From Stieleria marina (GTDB lineage Bacteria; Planctomycetota; Planctomycetia; Pirellulales; Pirellulaceae), in assembly GCF_007741555.1 (NCBI RefSeq), contig NZ_CP036526.1, positions 6,559,719 through 6,623,718 on the forward strand: a stretch of 64,000 nucleotides of DNA, read 5' to 3'. Positions 55,684-64,000 of this stretch are shown here, one piece after another. The notes under the pieces were generated by a model. That model did not search any database. It was not told the origin of the DNA and was given only the letters and a program-made list of their open reading frames with translations. A program made the position numbers and the translations under genes. How positions within the stretch are numbered: the first letter of the stretch is position 1; each line of letters opens with the position of its first letter.

Positions 55684-57138
55684 TTGCCGACTGACCAATT
55701 CGAATTGCCAAAGGCTAACCGCGTGACACTCCTACGATGCCTGACCGCCTGCCTCCTGCTGCTGCTACTGCCTGGATTTGCCAGCCACGGTACGGGCGAC
55801 GAATCCGTCCGGACCGGTGACTCGGTATCGGTAATTGAACTGCTAAGTGGCTTTGACCAGAAACGCATTCAGGCTGCTTATCCACCAAGCGACTCCCAAT
55901 CCTTTGGCGAATTGGCCAAGATGGTCTATCGGATGGGCAGCGTCAGCCGCGACGCCGTCGTTCGCAAAGCCGGCAAGGCAGAAACCGGCAGACCAAAAAC
56001 CGGAGAATCGGAGAATAGTAGTGCGGCAAAAATCGGAGATGCCATCCGCATCCAAGGCACCATTGCTTCGATTCGCACGCTGCGTGTGCCCGAGTCGTTG
56101 GTCGAGTTTCTGGAGTTCCCCGTATTTCAAGACGTTTTGATTCAGCTGGAATCAGACGCATCCCAACCGGTTCACGTAATCGCACGTCGATTACCTTCGG
56201 CTGCAAAGGCGGGCGATCGCGTTGACGCAGCAGGGGTCCTGATCGAACCGGGCGATGGCACCGACGACAGGTTGCGTGCGATCGTATCGACACCACTGAA
56301 ATGGTTTCCCAAAACGCCCGCCAGCCCCGGCTGGCAACTGCTGTCCGACGCCGGTGTCGACGTCAGCGAACTCGCTCAGGTTGCTTCGCGAAATCAGCTG
56401 CCTTTGGCGCCGGAAGACAATGACGCGTTCTACCAAATGTTATCGGTCAGCCAGACTATCGGCGGAACACCGGCGGCTGCTCAAACCGATCCGATCTGGA
56501 TTCAGCCCATCGATCTTTTGCAAAAACCAAAAGACCACGTCGGCGATTGGGTCCGAATGCGGCTTCAAACAGTTCGCGTCACTCGAGTCGCTGTCACCGA
56601 TCCCAAACGCAAAGATCAGCTGGGCAGCGACCACTACTACCAAGTAGATGCCAACGGTGATTTAGACGGCATCATTGTCCGCATGCCTCGCAAGGAAGAC
56701 GATCCGAGAGAGCCGATTGAATTCAACGGCACATACCCTGTTTCGCTTGTGATGAAAGAGCTTCCATCGTTTTTGACCAACGCGATTGGCCAACAGCAAA
56801 ACGGCGAAGTCGTCACTGCGATGATCTCGCGTCCGGTTCAGATCGAAGGTTTCTTTTTTCGACTCTGGAGCTATTCGACTGACTTCATGGACCGCCGCGG
56901 TGGAGGCGACCAAGTTGGGCCGCTATTGATGGTGGCTCGCATGACCGATCGTGCTTCGGTGGCTCAAGGCGGGATCGGAGCAGAGATTTTCGGTTTTATC
57001 GCAGCCGTTGCGATCGTTGGCGGAATCCTGGCAACGTTTGTTTGGTCTCGATTCACGTCGAGCGACGATCACGAGGTTCGTGAAAAACGAAAACAACGCG
57101 AATCCGATCAGGTCAAACTGCCCAGCGATTTGACTTAA
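55684..57138 (+). CDS. Hypothetical secreted protein with a C-terminal TM anchor; paralog of the preceding gene
   Basis: Signal peptide (LLRCLTACLLLLLLPGFASHG). The C-terminal domain is similar to the previous gene (HVGDWVRMRLQTVRVTRV...SDHYYQVDA...IEGFFFRLWSYST...PLLMVARM), then TM (IFGFIAAVAIVGGILATFVW) and a basic tail. Confidence 0.5.
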   Translation: MPTDQFELPKANRVTLLRCLTACLLLLLLPGFASHGTGDESVRTGDSVSVIELLSGFDQKRIQAAYPPSDSQSFGELAKMVYRMGSVSRDAVVRKAGKAETGRPKTGESENSSAAKIGDAIRIQGTIASIRTLRVPESLVEFLEFPVFQDVLIQLESDASQPVHVIARRLPSAAKAGDRVDAAGVLIEPGDGTDDRLRAIVSTPLKWFPKTPASPGWQLLSDAGVDVSELAQVASRNQLPLAPEDNDAFYQMLSVSQTIGGTPAAAQTDPIWIQPIDLLQKPKDHVGDWVRMRLQTVRVTRVAVTDPKRKDQLGSDHYYQVDANGDLDGIIVRMPRKEDDPREPIEFNGTYPVSLVMKELPSFLTNAIGQQQNGEVVTAMISRPVQIEGFFFRLWSYSTDFMDRRGGGDQVGPLLMVARMTDRASVAQGGIGAEIFGFIAAVAIVGGILATFVWSRFTSSDDHEVREKRKQRESDQVKLPSDLT

Positions 57139-57296
57139 CCAGCTGGTCACATTGTCACACTCGATTTGTGACGTTCGCATTTCGGCGTCCCCGTGCGGCC
57201 CCCTACTTGACCGAGCCGATCACTGCGAGACGATAGATATCGCGCAAAGCAATCGTTTTTTGCGTTTTCGTCGTCGCTCACTTTCGCCATGATCTC

Positions 57297-58283
57297 ATGA
57301 AAACTCCCATTCGTGTCGCTGTCACTGGTGCTGCCGGACAAATCGGCTACGCACTTGTATTCCGAATCGCATCCGGCCAAGTCTTCGGCCCTGACCAGCC
57401 AGTCATTCTTCACTTCGTGGAAATCCCGCCCGCCCTTGGTGCATTGGACGGAGTTCACATGGAGCTGGACGACTGTGCGTTTCCGACACTCGCTGGTGTC
57501 GTCAAAGCTGACACAGATCACCTGAACGATGGTTTCCGCGATTGCAACTTCGTACTATGCGTCGGCAGTGTGCCTCGCGGCAAAGGCATGGAACGCGGCG
57601 ATCTGATCAAAATCAACGGACCGATTTTTACAAACACGGGCAAGGCGATCCAAGAAGCAGCCGCTTCGGACGTCCGGGTCGTTGTCGTTGGCAATCCTTG
57701 CAATACGAATTGCTTGATCGCGATGAACAACGCCAAAGACGTCCCAAGCGATCGCTGGTACGCCATGACCATGTTGGACCAAAACCGCGCGACTTCGCAG
57801 TTGGCCAACAAAGCCGGTGTCGCAGTCGCCGACGTGCAGAACATGACGATCTGGGGCAATCACTCAGCAACCCAGTACCCCGACTTTTTCAATGCCAAGA
57901 TCGGCGGAAAAGCAGCGACCGATGTCATCTCGGATCACGATTGGTTGAAAGGAGATTTCATCTCGACCGTTCAAAAACGTGGTGCTGCCATCATTGAAGC
58001 CCGTGGTGCATCCAGTGCCGCATCAGCTGCCAATGCTCTGATCGACAACGTCAAAGCAATTGTCACGCCCACACCAGCGGGCGAAACCTTCAGTGCCGCG
58101 GTTTGCAGTGACGGCAGCTACGGAGTGGACGAAGGACTGATCAGTTCGTTCCCACTTACCAGCGATGGCAAAACGTGGAAGATCGCTCAAGGATTTGACC
58201 ACAATGAATTTGCCAAAGCCAAGCTAGACGCCACCGTCGCGGAACTTCGCGGCGAACGCGAAACGGTCGCTGACTTGCTCTAG
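57297..58283 (+). CDS. mdh: Malate dehydrogenase, NAD-dependent (LDH-like/cytosolic type)
   Basis: N-terminal Rossmann [27 protein letters not shown], catalytic region ([12 protein letters not shown], His-containing motif) and 328 aa, typical of type-2 MDH. Confidence 0.88.
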   Translation: MKTPIRVAVTGAAGQIGYALVFRIASGQVFGPDQPVILHFVEIPPALGALDGVHMELDDCAFPTLAGVVKADTDHLNDGFRDCNFVLCVGSVPRGKGMERGDLIKINGPIFTNTGKAIQEAAASDVRVVVVGNPCNTNCLIAMNNAKDVPSDRWYAMTMLDQNRATSQLANKAGVAVADVQNMTIWGNHSATQYPDFFNAKIGGKAATDVISDHDWLKGDFISTVQKRGAAIIEARGASSAASAANALIDNVKAIVTPTPAGETFSAAVCSDGSYGVDEGLISSFPLTSDGKTWKIAQGFDHNEFAKAKLDATVAELRGERETVADLL

Positions 58284-58338
58284 TAGCGACAGCCAAATGA
58301 AGGTCATCGGTGACACATTGACCAGCCATTCGCTGCGA

Positions 58339-60918
58339 CTATTTCCCCGCCGATGACCTACGTTCCTGCAAGTAAGACTGATCCTGATCGCTTAATCGAG
58401 ACACTGGCAAAGTGATCACGGTGCCATCGGTTCGCTTGAGCGACACGTTGCCGGTTTCTTGGCGAATCAAAGTTGCTTCGATCGAAAACTTGCCGCTCTG
58501 ATCGTTCCACGTTCGCACTGATTCGACCATCAGCGGCTTTGGATTGGTAGGCGCTCCCGAAGCACGGCGGGTCGCGCCGCGACGCGATGTTTGCGAACGA
58601 AAGGCTGGCAACTGTTGGTAGTAAACGTTGCCTTGATCTGGGGCGATCAAAAACAGGTGCAGTGAACCATCAATCGTCACCGCGATATGGTCACGATCAA
58701 AATGGTCAATCCCGGAATTGTGGCGCCGATTTCCAGGTTGCATCCGCTCGAATTCAGGTGGAAATGCCGTTTTCTTGCGTCCCAATTCTGTGGCGGATCC
58801 ATCCAACGCAGTCGCCACGATCATCTCCGGTTCGATGCGATAGAAAACATCGACCGCTCGGTCGCCGACGATGATTTCTCGCTGTTCTTCGCCGGTTCGT
58901 TTGGGAGGCATCCCACGAAAAAGCCACTTACTGCCGAACCAAAATTCATTGTCGCGGACCTGCCGAATCGTAGGCATCGATTCCCAGCTCTTCTTTTGCA
59001 TTGTCTGGGTCGGACGCCCCGCCGCGATTTGTGCAAAGGTACTGTGCACATCGACCGAACCGGATGCGCTGCCACCGCCGGCCTGCGTGATCACGAATTT
59101 TCCGTTGTAGCTGACCGTTGCGGTCGCATCGTCACGAATCGGGTGCCACACCTTGAAACGGTTCCGTCGTGTATCGACGACCGTGTACTTGCCGTCATTT
59201 CGATCGATATGCGATGTCACCAGAATCGCGCCAGTAAAGTACCGACCTTGCGGCGCCGACAGAGAGTTAATCATTCTTTCGCCAACGTCGACCGTTTTGG
59301 TGACCTCGGCCTTGTTGTGATCAACAACGGAAATCGTGCCTTGCCCATGATTGCCAACGTAAGTCAAGTTGCGTCGTGAAATCATTGGCCCCGGCGAAGG
59401 GCACTCGATCGTATTTTCCACGCGCTTTTCGATGACGTTCCAAATGGTCAATTTATCGCTGGCAAAATGAGCAAGAACCAGTCGCTCACCATCCTCGGAA
59501 ATCACCGTCGACGAAATCGCCATCGAAACCGGAAGTCTCGCAAAATCGCCAGTCTCTGAGCCTGGCGAAGCAGCGACCATCGCACCGCCTGCTTTGGACA
59601 CATCGCCTGGCACGACAAACGTATTCAGCCGCAAAAAGTCCGTTTTTCCATCGATGACCGTGCGGATCTTGATTCGTTGTTCACCGAGATCCTTGGCGAT
59701 AGGTGTCCACGTAAATTTGCCGCTTTCATCGATCTGTATTTCTTGTGGCCCCTGAATCAAACTGAATTCGCCTTGGCCACCATCGGGCAGCAAAGCAAGC
59801 GACACGGTTTGCCCCAGCCCGATTTGGCTGGGTATTTCATCGCGCTGCACAGAAGGCACCGAAGCTGCGACCGATTGATTCGGTGCGGCCGACTGCTGGA
59901 ATGCCTTGAGCTGTTCGTGATAGACATTTCCACTTTCTTCGGCGTAGAGAAAAACGAACAAGCGATCACCCAGCGTCACCGCCGCATGCTGAAGGTCCTC
60001 ACTACCGCGGCGACCACGACCACTGCTCTTGGGACGCATTCGTTCGAACGACTTAGGAAACGAAATTTTCCTTTGCCCAACCTCAGCCATACTCCCCGTC
60101 AGTGAAGTCGCGACGATTTGCTGCGGAGCGATGGCGTACATCAAATCGACCGAATGATCCGGCACCAAGACTCGTCCTCGCTCCTCACCAACCTCTTTGG
60201 GCGGCAGACCACGAAACAGCTTGTTGCCGGCAAACCAAAACTCGCTATCACGAACTTGGTAGAGCAATGGGTTGGTATCTCCATTGCGGCCAAAGTCCTG
60301 GACCGCACGTTGATTGACAATCGCATCGAATGAGCCCTTGGCGTGCAATCGCCCTTGAGGACTAAAACCCATCTGCCCTTGCTCCAAACAGACTTTGCCG
60401 GAGTAGCCAACCGTGAACGCCATTGAACCACCCAAGTCCTGCAACGCATCGTAGCGATCGTTTTTGATGTCCAACGCATACAGCTTGGATAGGTTTCGAT
60501 CAATGAATGTCGTCAGCAGAATCCGATCGTCAAAGTACTTGCCTTGCGGTGCCGAAAGGACCAATTCCCCAGCGCTGGGCGTCTGAATTTCGTTGACCAA
60601 CTGCCAGGATGACTGGGAGTAGACCGACAAAGTGCCTTTGCCAATATTCGCGACAAACACCCTGTCACCACGGCACAGCATTGGACCTGGCATTGGGCAA
60701 TCAATGGTGCGATCAATGACCTGCGCTGCAACATTCCAAACACTGACTTTGCTGCTCGCTTTGTGAGCCAGCAGCAAGTACTGACCGTCTTCGGTCAGCG
60801 CCGTCGATGACACTTCCATGGGCGTGGGAATCTTGGTGAATCCCGCGCAATCACTCCCCATCCAAACCACCAGAAACAGCACACTCGCGACAGGACGCCA
60901 AAAAGACAAAGAGTTCAA
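58339..60918 (-). CDS. Large secreted protein with an internal duplication and a C-terminal SHD1 (Sla1 homology 1) domain
   Basis: Signal peptide (WRPVASVLFLVVWMGSDCAGF). Duplicated module (STALTEDGQYLLLAHKASSKVSVWNVAAQVIDRTIDCPMPGPM // STVISEDGERLVLAHFASDKLTIWNVIEKRVENTIECPSPGPM). C-terminus WNDQSGKFSIEATLIRQETGNVSLKRTDGTVITLPVSRLSDQDQSYL is SHD1-like. Confidence 0.6.
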   Translation of the reverse strand: MNSLSFWRPVASVLFLVVWMGSDCAGFTKIPTPMEVSSTALTEDGQYLLLAHKASSKVSVWNVAAQVIDRTIDCPMPGPMLCRGDRVFVANIGKGTLSVYSQSSWQLVNEIQTPSAGELVLSAPQGKYFDDRILLTTFIDRNLSKLYALDIKNDRYDALQDLGGSMAFTVGYSGKVCLEQGQMGFSPQGRLHAKGSFDAIVNQRAVQDFGRNGDTNPLLYQVRDSEFWFAGNKLFRGLPPKEVGEERGRVLVPDHSVDLMYAIAPQQIVATSLTGSMAEVGQRKISFPKSFERMRPKSSGRGRRGSEDLQHAAVTLGDRLFVFLYAEESGNVYHEQLKAFQQSAAPNQSVAASVPSVQRDEIPSQIGLGQTVSLALLPDGGQGEFSLIQGPQEIQIDESGKFTWTPIAKDLGEQRIKIRTVIDGKTDFLRLNTFVVPGDVSKAGGAMVAASPGSETGDFARLPVSMAISSTVISEDGERLVLAHFASDKLTIWNVIEKRVENTIECPSPGPMISRRNLTYVGNHGQGTISVVDHNKAEVTKTVDVGERMINSLSAPQGRYFTGAILVTSHIDRNDGKYTVVDTRRNRFKVWHPIRDDATATVSYNGKFVITQAGGGSASGSVDVHSTFAQIAAGRPTQTMQKKSWESMPTIRQVRDNEFWFGSKWLFRGMPPKRTGEEQREIIVGDRAVDVFYRIEPEMIVATALDGSATELGRKKTAFPPEFERMQPGNRRHNSGIDHFDRDHIAVTIDGSLHLFLIAPDQGNVYYQQLPAFRSQTSRRGATRRASGAPTNPKPLMVESVRTWNDQSGKFSIEATLIRQETGNVSLKRTDGTVITLPVSRLSDQDQSYLQERRSSAGK

Positions 60919-61241
60919 AACGCTCGCCTACTGCTTAAGATTTTTTCGAAATCAAAAATTACCAACACCACGCAAATGCTTGCATGCGGGGCGGCAACAC
61001 TATAGTTATCGCCAGCTGACGAGTCGAATCAAGCAAGGCGATTTCAATGCAAAATTGGCTCCGTTTTGGTGCCAATGCTATCACGGTTGCGCTTTTAATT
61101 TCTCTGCGAAGCCTCGTCTTCGTTTTGGCAGAGTTGTCCAGGCTCGGTTTAAAAACATTATTGTGAAGGGCTGAATCACAACTCCTGTTTGCAGCGGCGG
61201 TGCGAAATCATCTTTTTGCTCGCTCGCTCTGTTCTTCAGCG

Positions 61242-61271
61242 TTGACACAACCCGCCACGAGGGCGTACTTT
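61242..61271 (+). promoter_or_regulatory. Candidate sigma70-type promoter (TTGACA-N18-TACTTT) upstream of the esterase gene
   Basis: Read directly: ttgaca at 61242-61247, an 18-nt spacer, tacttt at 61266-61271. It lies in a ~490-nt divergent intergenic region of lower GC. Confidence 0.25.
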
Positions 61272-61410
61272 TCTAGCCGTGGCAATTAGGAAGCCTCTTC
61301 GGTTTGCATTTACTGGCAATCGTCAGCAAACAGCTCACTCAGGCGTGACGTCGAATTAGCAGTGATTTCGACGATTTATTCCAGTCGGTTTTCTCATTCA
61401 CCAAGTCATT

Positions 61411-62292
61411 ATGAGTCGATTTCATCCTTCGGTTTCTTGGCAATCTTCTTCGGCTTCTTCCAACCACGCTTCTCAAAAGCCATCGCAAAGTCATTCAGCT
61501 GACCTGGACCAAAACAAAGTTGTTCAATGCGACTTTGCCCCGTTGATCGCAGATAGCACCCAGAAAAAATTCGATCTTCAAAACGTGCGAGCGGACCTTC
61601 AGTCGCCTCAAACGTTTTATTTGCCGCTTCATTATGAGCCAAACTACCGGTATCCGCTGATTGTTTGGCTTCACAGCGATGGGTTCAACGAAAACCAAGT
61701 TGACCACGTGATTCCGCACATCAGCACACGCAATTACTTGGCCACAGGTATCCGTGGGACACGCGCGATGGATTCGGTAGGGCACCAGTTTCAGTGGCAC
61801 GCCTCCGCGTCGGCAGTCGATTCGGCCTACGAAAAAGTACTCTGCGGCATTGATGAAGTATTTGACCGTTACAGTGTTCACGACCAACGCATTGTTCTGG
61901 CCGGCTACCGAAGCGGTGGGACGATGGCGATGCGAATTGCATTGCGTGCCCCCAATCGGTTTGCGGGTGTGATTTCGTTGGGCGGAAAAATGCCCAGCGG
62001 CGGACGTGCCTACGGCGATCTGAAAGAAATTCGCGAGCGAAAACTGCCAATGCTCTGGCAATGGGCGATCGAAGCGGACCTGTATTCCGAGGATGCTTTG
62101 CAAAACGACATTTCACAAGCACAGCTTATCCACGCCAAAGTCGACGTGCGTCAGTACAAAGACAACGACGAAATGAATACCGTCGCACTGTCGGACGTCA
62201 ATCAGTGGATTATGAATCGGATCGTTGCGGGGCAACCTCTGTCAGCCGACGAATCTTGCGAAACCAGCGAGGTTGGCTTTTCCGACAACTAG
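61411..62292 (+). CDS. Alpha/beta-hydrolase fold esterase (phospholipase/carboxylesterase-like)
   Basis: PLIVWLHSDGFNENQ... plus the nucleophile elbow LAGYRSGGTMAM (G-x-S-x-G). Confidence 0.6.
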   Translation: MSRFHPSVSWQSSSASSNHASQKPSQSHSADLDQNKVVQCDFAPLIADSTQKKFDLQNVRADLQSPQTFYLPLHYEPNYRYPLIVWLHSDGFNENQVDHVIPHISTRNYLATGIRGTRAMDSVGHQFQWHASASAVDSAYEKVLCGIDEVFDRYSVHDQRIVLAGYRSGGTMAMRIALRAPNRFAGVISLGGKMPSGGRAYGDLKEIRERKLPMLWQWAIEADLYSEDALQNDISQAQLIHAKVDVRQYKDNDEMNTVALSDVNQWIMNRIVAGQPLSADESCETSEVGFSDN

Positions 62293-62480
62293 GGGGGATC
62301 ACCGCTCCTGTTACTTTGTGCGTAAGACCTTACGCATCGAAGAAATCGGCGTCTTTTTTCGTCGTTCTCCGAAGAGATTCGCTTGTCTGCGACCGAACAT
62401 CGACGTCACGATCGGGTTACACTGTCGCTGTGCTTATTCCGCTACGGATTGCATGTCGATCGTGGAAGCTCCCGTGAAAG

Positions 62481-62918
62481 ATGATGGCTGAACAAGACCC
62501 CAAATCTGATGCTGCAAAAAACGCCGCCCCCGCGTCCGCAGCTGTGAATTCCAAAAATAAAAAGATCCTGATCGTCGATGACGATTCGGAGATCATTGAA
62601 ACGGTCAGCTATGCGCTCGAAGGTGCTGGCTACGCAGTGGTCGTCGCTCGCGACGGAAACCAAGGGCTAGCGTTAGCCGAACGCGAGAACCCTGACCTGA
62701 TGATTTTGGACATGATGATGCCCAAACGCAGCGGGTTTCTTGTTTTAGAAAAACTCCGCCGCGTTCGCGAAAATCTGCTGCCCGTCATTATGATCACGGG
62801 CAACGAAGGGAGCCGTCACCAGGCGTACGCCGAATTGCTTGGCGTCTGCGACTACATCCACAAACCCTTCCCAATGGACCGCTTGCTTACCGCCGTGGAT
62901 GATCTGCTAAACAAGTGA
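62481..62918 (+). CDS. Single-domain response regulator (CheY-like receiver)
   Basis: KILIVDDDSEIIETVSYALEGAGYAVVVARDGNQGLALAERENPDLMILDMMMPKRSGF carries the phospho-acceptor Asp and the conserved K. No output domain. Confidence 0.8.
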   Translation: MMAEQDPKSDAAKNAAPASAAVNSKNKKILIVDDDSEIIETVSYALEGAGYAVVVARDGNQGLALAERENPDLMILDMMMPKRSGFLVLEKLRRVRENLLPVIMITGNEGSRHQAYAELLGVCDYIHKPFPMDRLLTAVDDLLNK

Positions 62919-63349
62919 TCGACCACCCACTTTCGCGCCGAATTTTGATCCTAGCCGGCATCCTAGGTGCCAGCGGAGTCGCGATCGGTGCCTTTGGAGC
63001 TCACGGTCTGGAGTCATATTTGGAAGGTCACGAAAAACTCCAACAGCGTCTGGCTCAGTTTGACGTGGGAGTGCGTTACCACATGTACCACGCCATCGCG
63101 ATCTTGGCATTAGCGTCCCTACCATTCGGATCGTCACGGATGCGGATGGTCATCGCGACTCTCCTTGCCCTAGGAATCCTGATCTTCAGCGGCAGCCTGT
63201 ATCTGCTGGTACTAACCGACACACCGTGGCTGGGAGCAATCACTCCGATTGGCGGCCTGACCTGGATTTTCGCGTGGCTCTCATTGCCGCTGTTATCGCG
63301 AAAACGCAAAGGAAGCTACGACGCCGCTGCGGACGATCGCACTTCCTGA
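62915..63349 (+). CDS. DUF423 (YgdD/TMEM256 family) small membrane protein
   Basis: ILAGILGASGVAIGAFGAHGL..., four TM helices, ~144 aa. 4-nt overlap with the response regulator gene. Confidence 0.7.
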   Translation: MIDHPLSRRILILAGILGASGVAIGAFGAHGLESYLEGHEKLQQRLAQFDVGVRYHMYHAIAILALASLPFGSSRMRMVIATLLALGILIFSGSLYLLVLTDTPWLGAITPIGGLTWIFAWLSLPLLSRKRKGSYDAAADDRTS

Positions 63350-63549
63350 TCACCGCGGCAGGTCCTCCCGACTGGCCTCGATCATCACCAGACACGAATG
63401 GCACGATCCATCGCCATCGATCGAACGTTCTCCACGATCGCGTCTTCTCCGCAACCGCGCAGCCATGGGGGACTGTTGGAGCAAAGGGGATTTCGATACG
63501 GTGACGCATCAGACACGCACCGCTTCGATCCTAGATTGACCTGACTTAG

Positions 63550-64000
63550 ATGTCTGAACCTCCGACTTTTGAAACCTCTCCTGAATCCCTGGTATTCCCC
63601 GCATCCTGGCAGCGGCGCCATCTCCTGGATTTAGAAAGTCTTTCGGCGAGCGAAATCCGCACTTTGCTGGACGTCGCTCAGCAAATGAAAGAGCTGACTG
63701 GAGGGTGCCGGCGCAAAGTTCAGTTGCTGGCTGGCAAAACCTGCGCAAACCTTTTCTTTGAAAACAGCACCCGGACGCGAAACAGTTTTTCGCTCGCGGC
63801 AAAACGCTTGGGCGCCGACACCGTCGAATTTGGTAGCAGTGGTAGCAGCGTTGCCAAAGGCGAAACATTTGTCGACACAGCCAAAACCATTCAGGCCATG
63901 GGCGTCGACTGGGTCGTCACTCGCCACAGCACACCTGGCACGCCGCATTTACTCTCTCGTGAATTGGAGTGCTGCATCATCAACGCGGGCGATGGTCCTC
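63550..64000 (+). CDS. pyrB: Aspartate carbamoyltransferase catalytic subunit (5' partial, runs off the window end)
   Basis: My own translation from the ATG at 63550: ...NLFFENSTRTRNSFSLAAKRLGAD...TRHSTPGTPHLLS...INAGDG. This carries the STRTR carbamoyl-phosphate-binding motif. No stop within the window. Confidence 0.85.
   Translation, partial: MSEPPTFETSPESLVFPASWQRRHLLDLESLSASEIRTLLDVAQQMKELTGGCRRKVQLLAGKTCANLFFENSTRTRNSFSLAAKRLGADTVEFGSSGSSVAKGETFVDTAKTIQAMGVDWVVTRHSTPGTPHLLSRELECCIINAGDGP

Noticed and set aside
58301-58359. 10-bp perfect inverted repeat (aggtcatcgg ... ccgatgacct) between convergent mdh and the SHD1 protein gene, considered as a bidirectional terminator
   Set aside because: The loop is 39 nt, there is no U-tract, and the right arm lies within the last codons of the minus-strand CDS. 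A structural role is possible, but it does not look like a convincing intrinsic terminator.
63509-63868. Minus-strand 119-aa ORF overlapping the pyrB 5' region
   Set aside because: The plus-strand frame gives an unmistakable aspartate carbamoyltransferase N-terminus (STRTR motif), so the antisense ORF is spurious.
1-64000. Search for CRISPR arrays, tRNA/rRNA genes, IS elements/transposases, integrases
   Set aside because: No regularly spaced direct repeats, no cloverleaf-like conserved tRNA boxes, no rRNA-like conserved stretches and no transposase or integrase-like ORFs were seen. The window appears to be core chromosome rather than a mobile island.

Overview
This 64 kb window is a high-GC (about 55%) chromosomal segment that looks like it comes from a Planctomycetes genome (Pirellulaceae/Rhodopirellula-like). 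The lineage call rests on a DUF1549/DUF1553 + DUF1501 gene pair, a DUF1559 domain, an SHD1 domain, many very large secreted proteins, twin-arginine Gfo/Idh/MocA oxidoreductases and weak Shine-Dalgarno sequences. I can support about 42 protein-coding genes. I found no rRNA, tRNA, CRISPR array, IS element or transposase. Recognisable housekeeping genes are dnaE, a class I DAHP synthase, an LDH-like malate dehydrogenase, a 5'-partial pyrB at the window end, an FGGY sugar kinase and an exbB-exbD-exbD cluster. The most unusual locus is a tightly coupled minus-strand operon at 25388-33769. It encodes a YqiJ/NfeD-like membrane protein, a YqiK-type flotillin (SPFH) with a long Glu/Ala-rich coiled coil, and a 1777-aa protein carrying an AAA_5-type (MoxR/dynein/McrB-clade) ATPase core. 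Two copies of the same small hairpin sit between the flotillin and ATPase genes. I could not map this operon onto any system I know, so I treat it as a candidate undescribed membrane-remodelling or defence module. Other notable items are an ECF anti-sigma factor fused to a DUF1559 domain, a HemP-like micro-ORF, a three-gene overlapping operon resembling methanopterin/pABA biosynthesis, a 7-haem cytochrome c lipoprotein with TPR repeats, an 1815-aa secreted protein with three internal repeats and a TolB-like propeller, a tandem pair of paralogous membrane-anchored proteins, and several short intergenic repeats. Where an in-frame start further downstream gives a signal peptide or avoids a gene overlap, I trimmed the ORF-track start. 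Several genes appear to use GTG or TTG starts.
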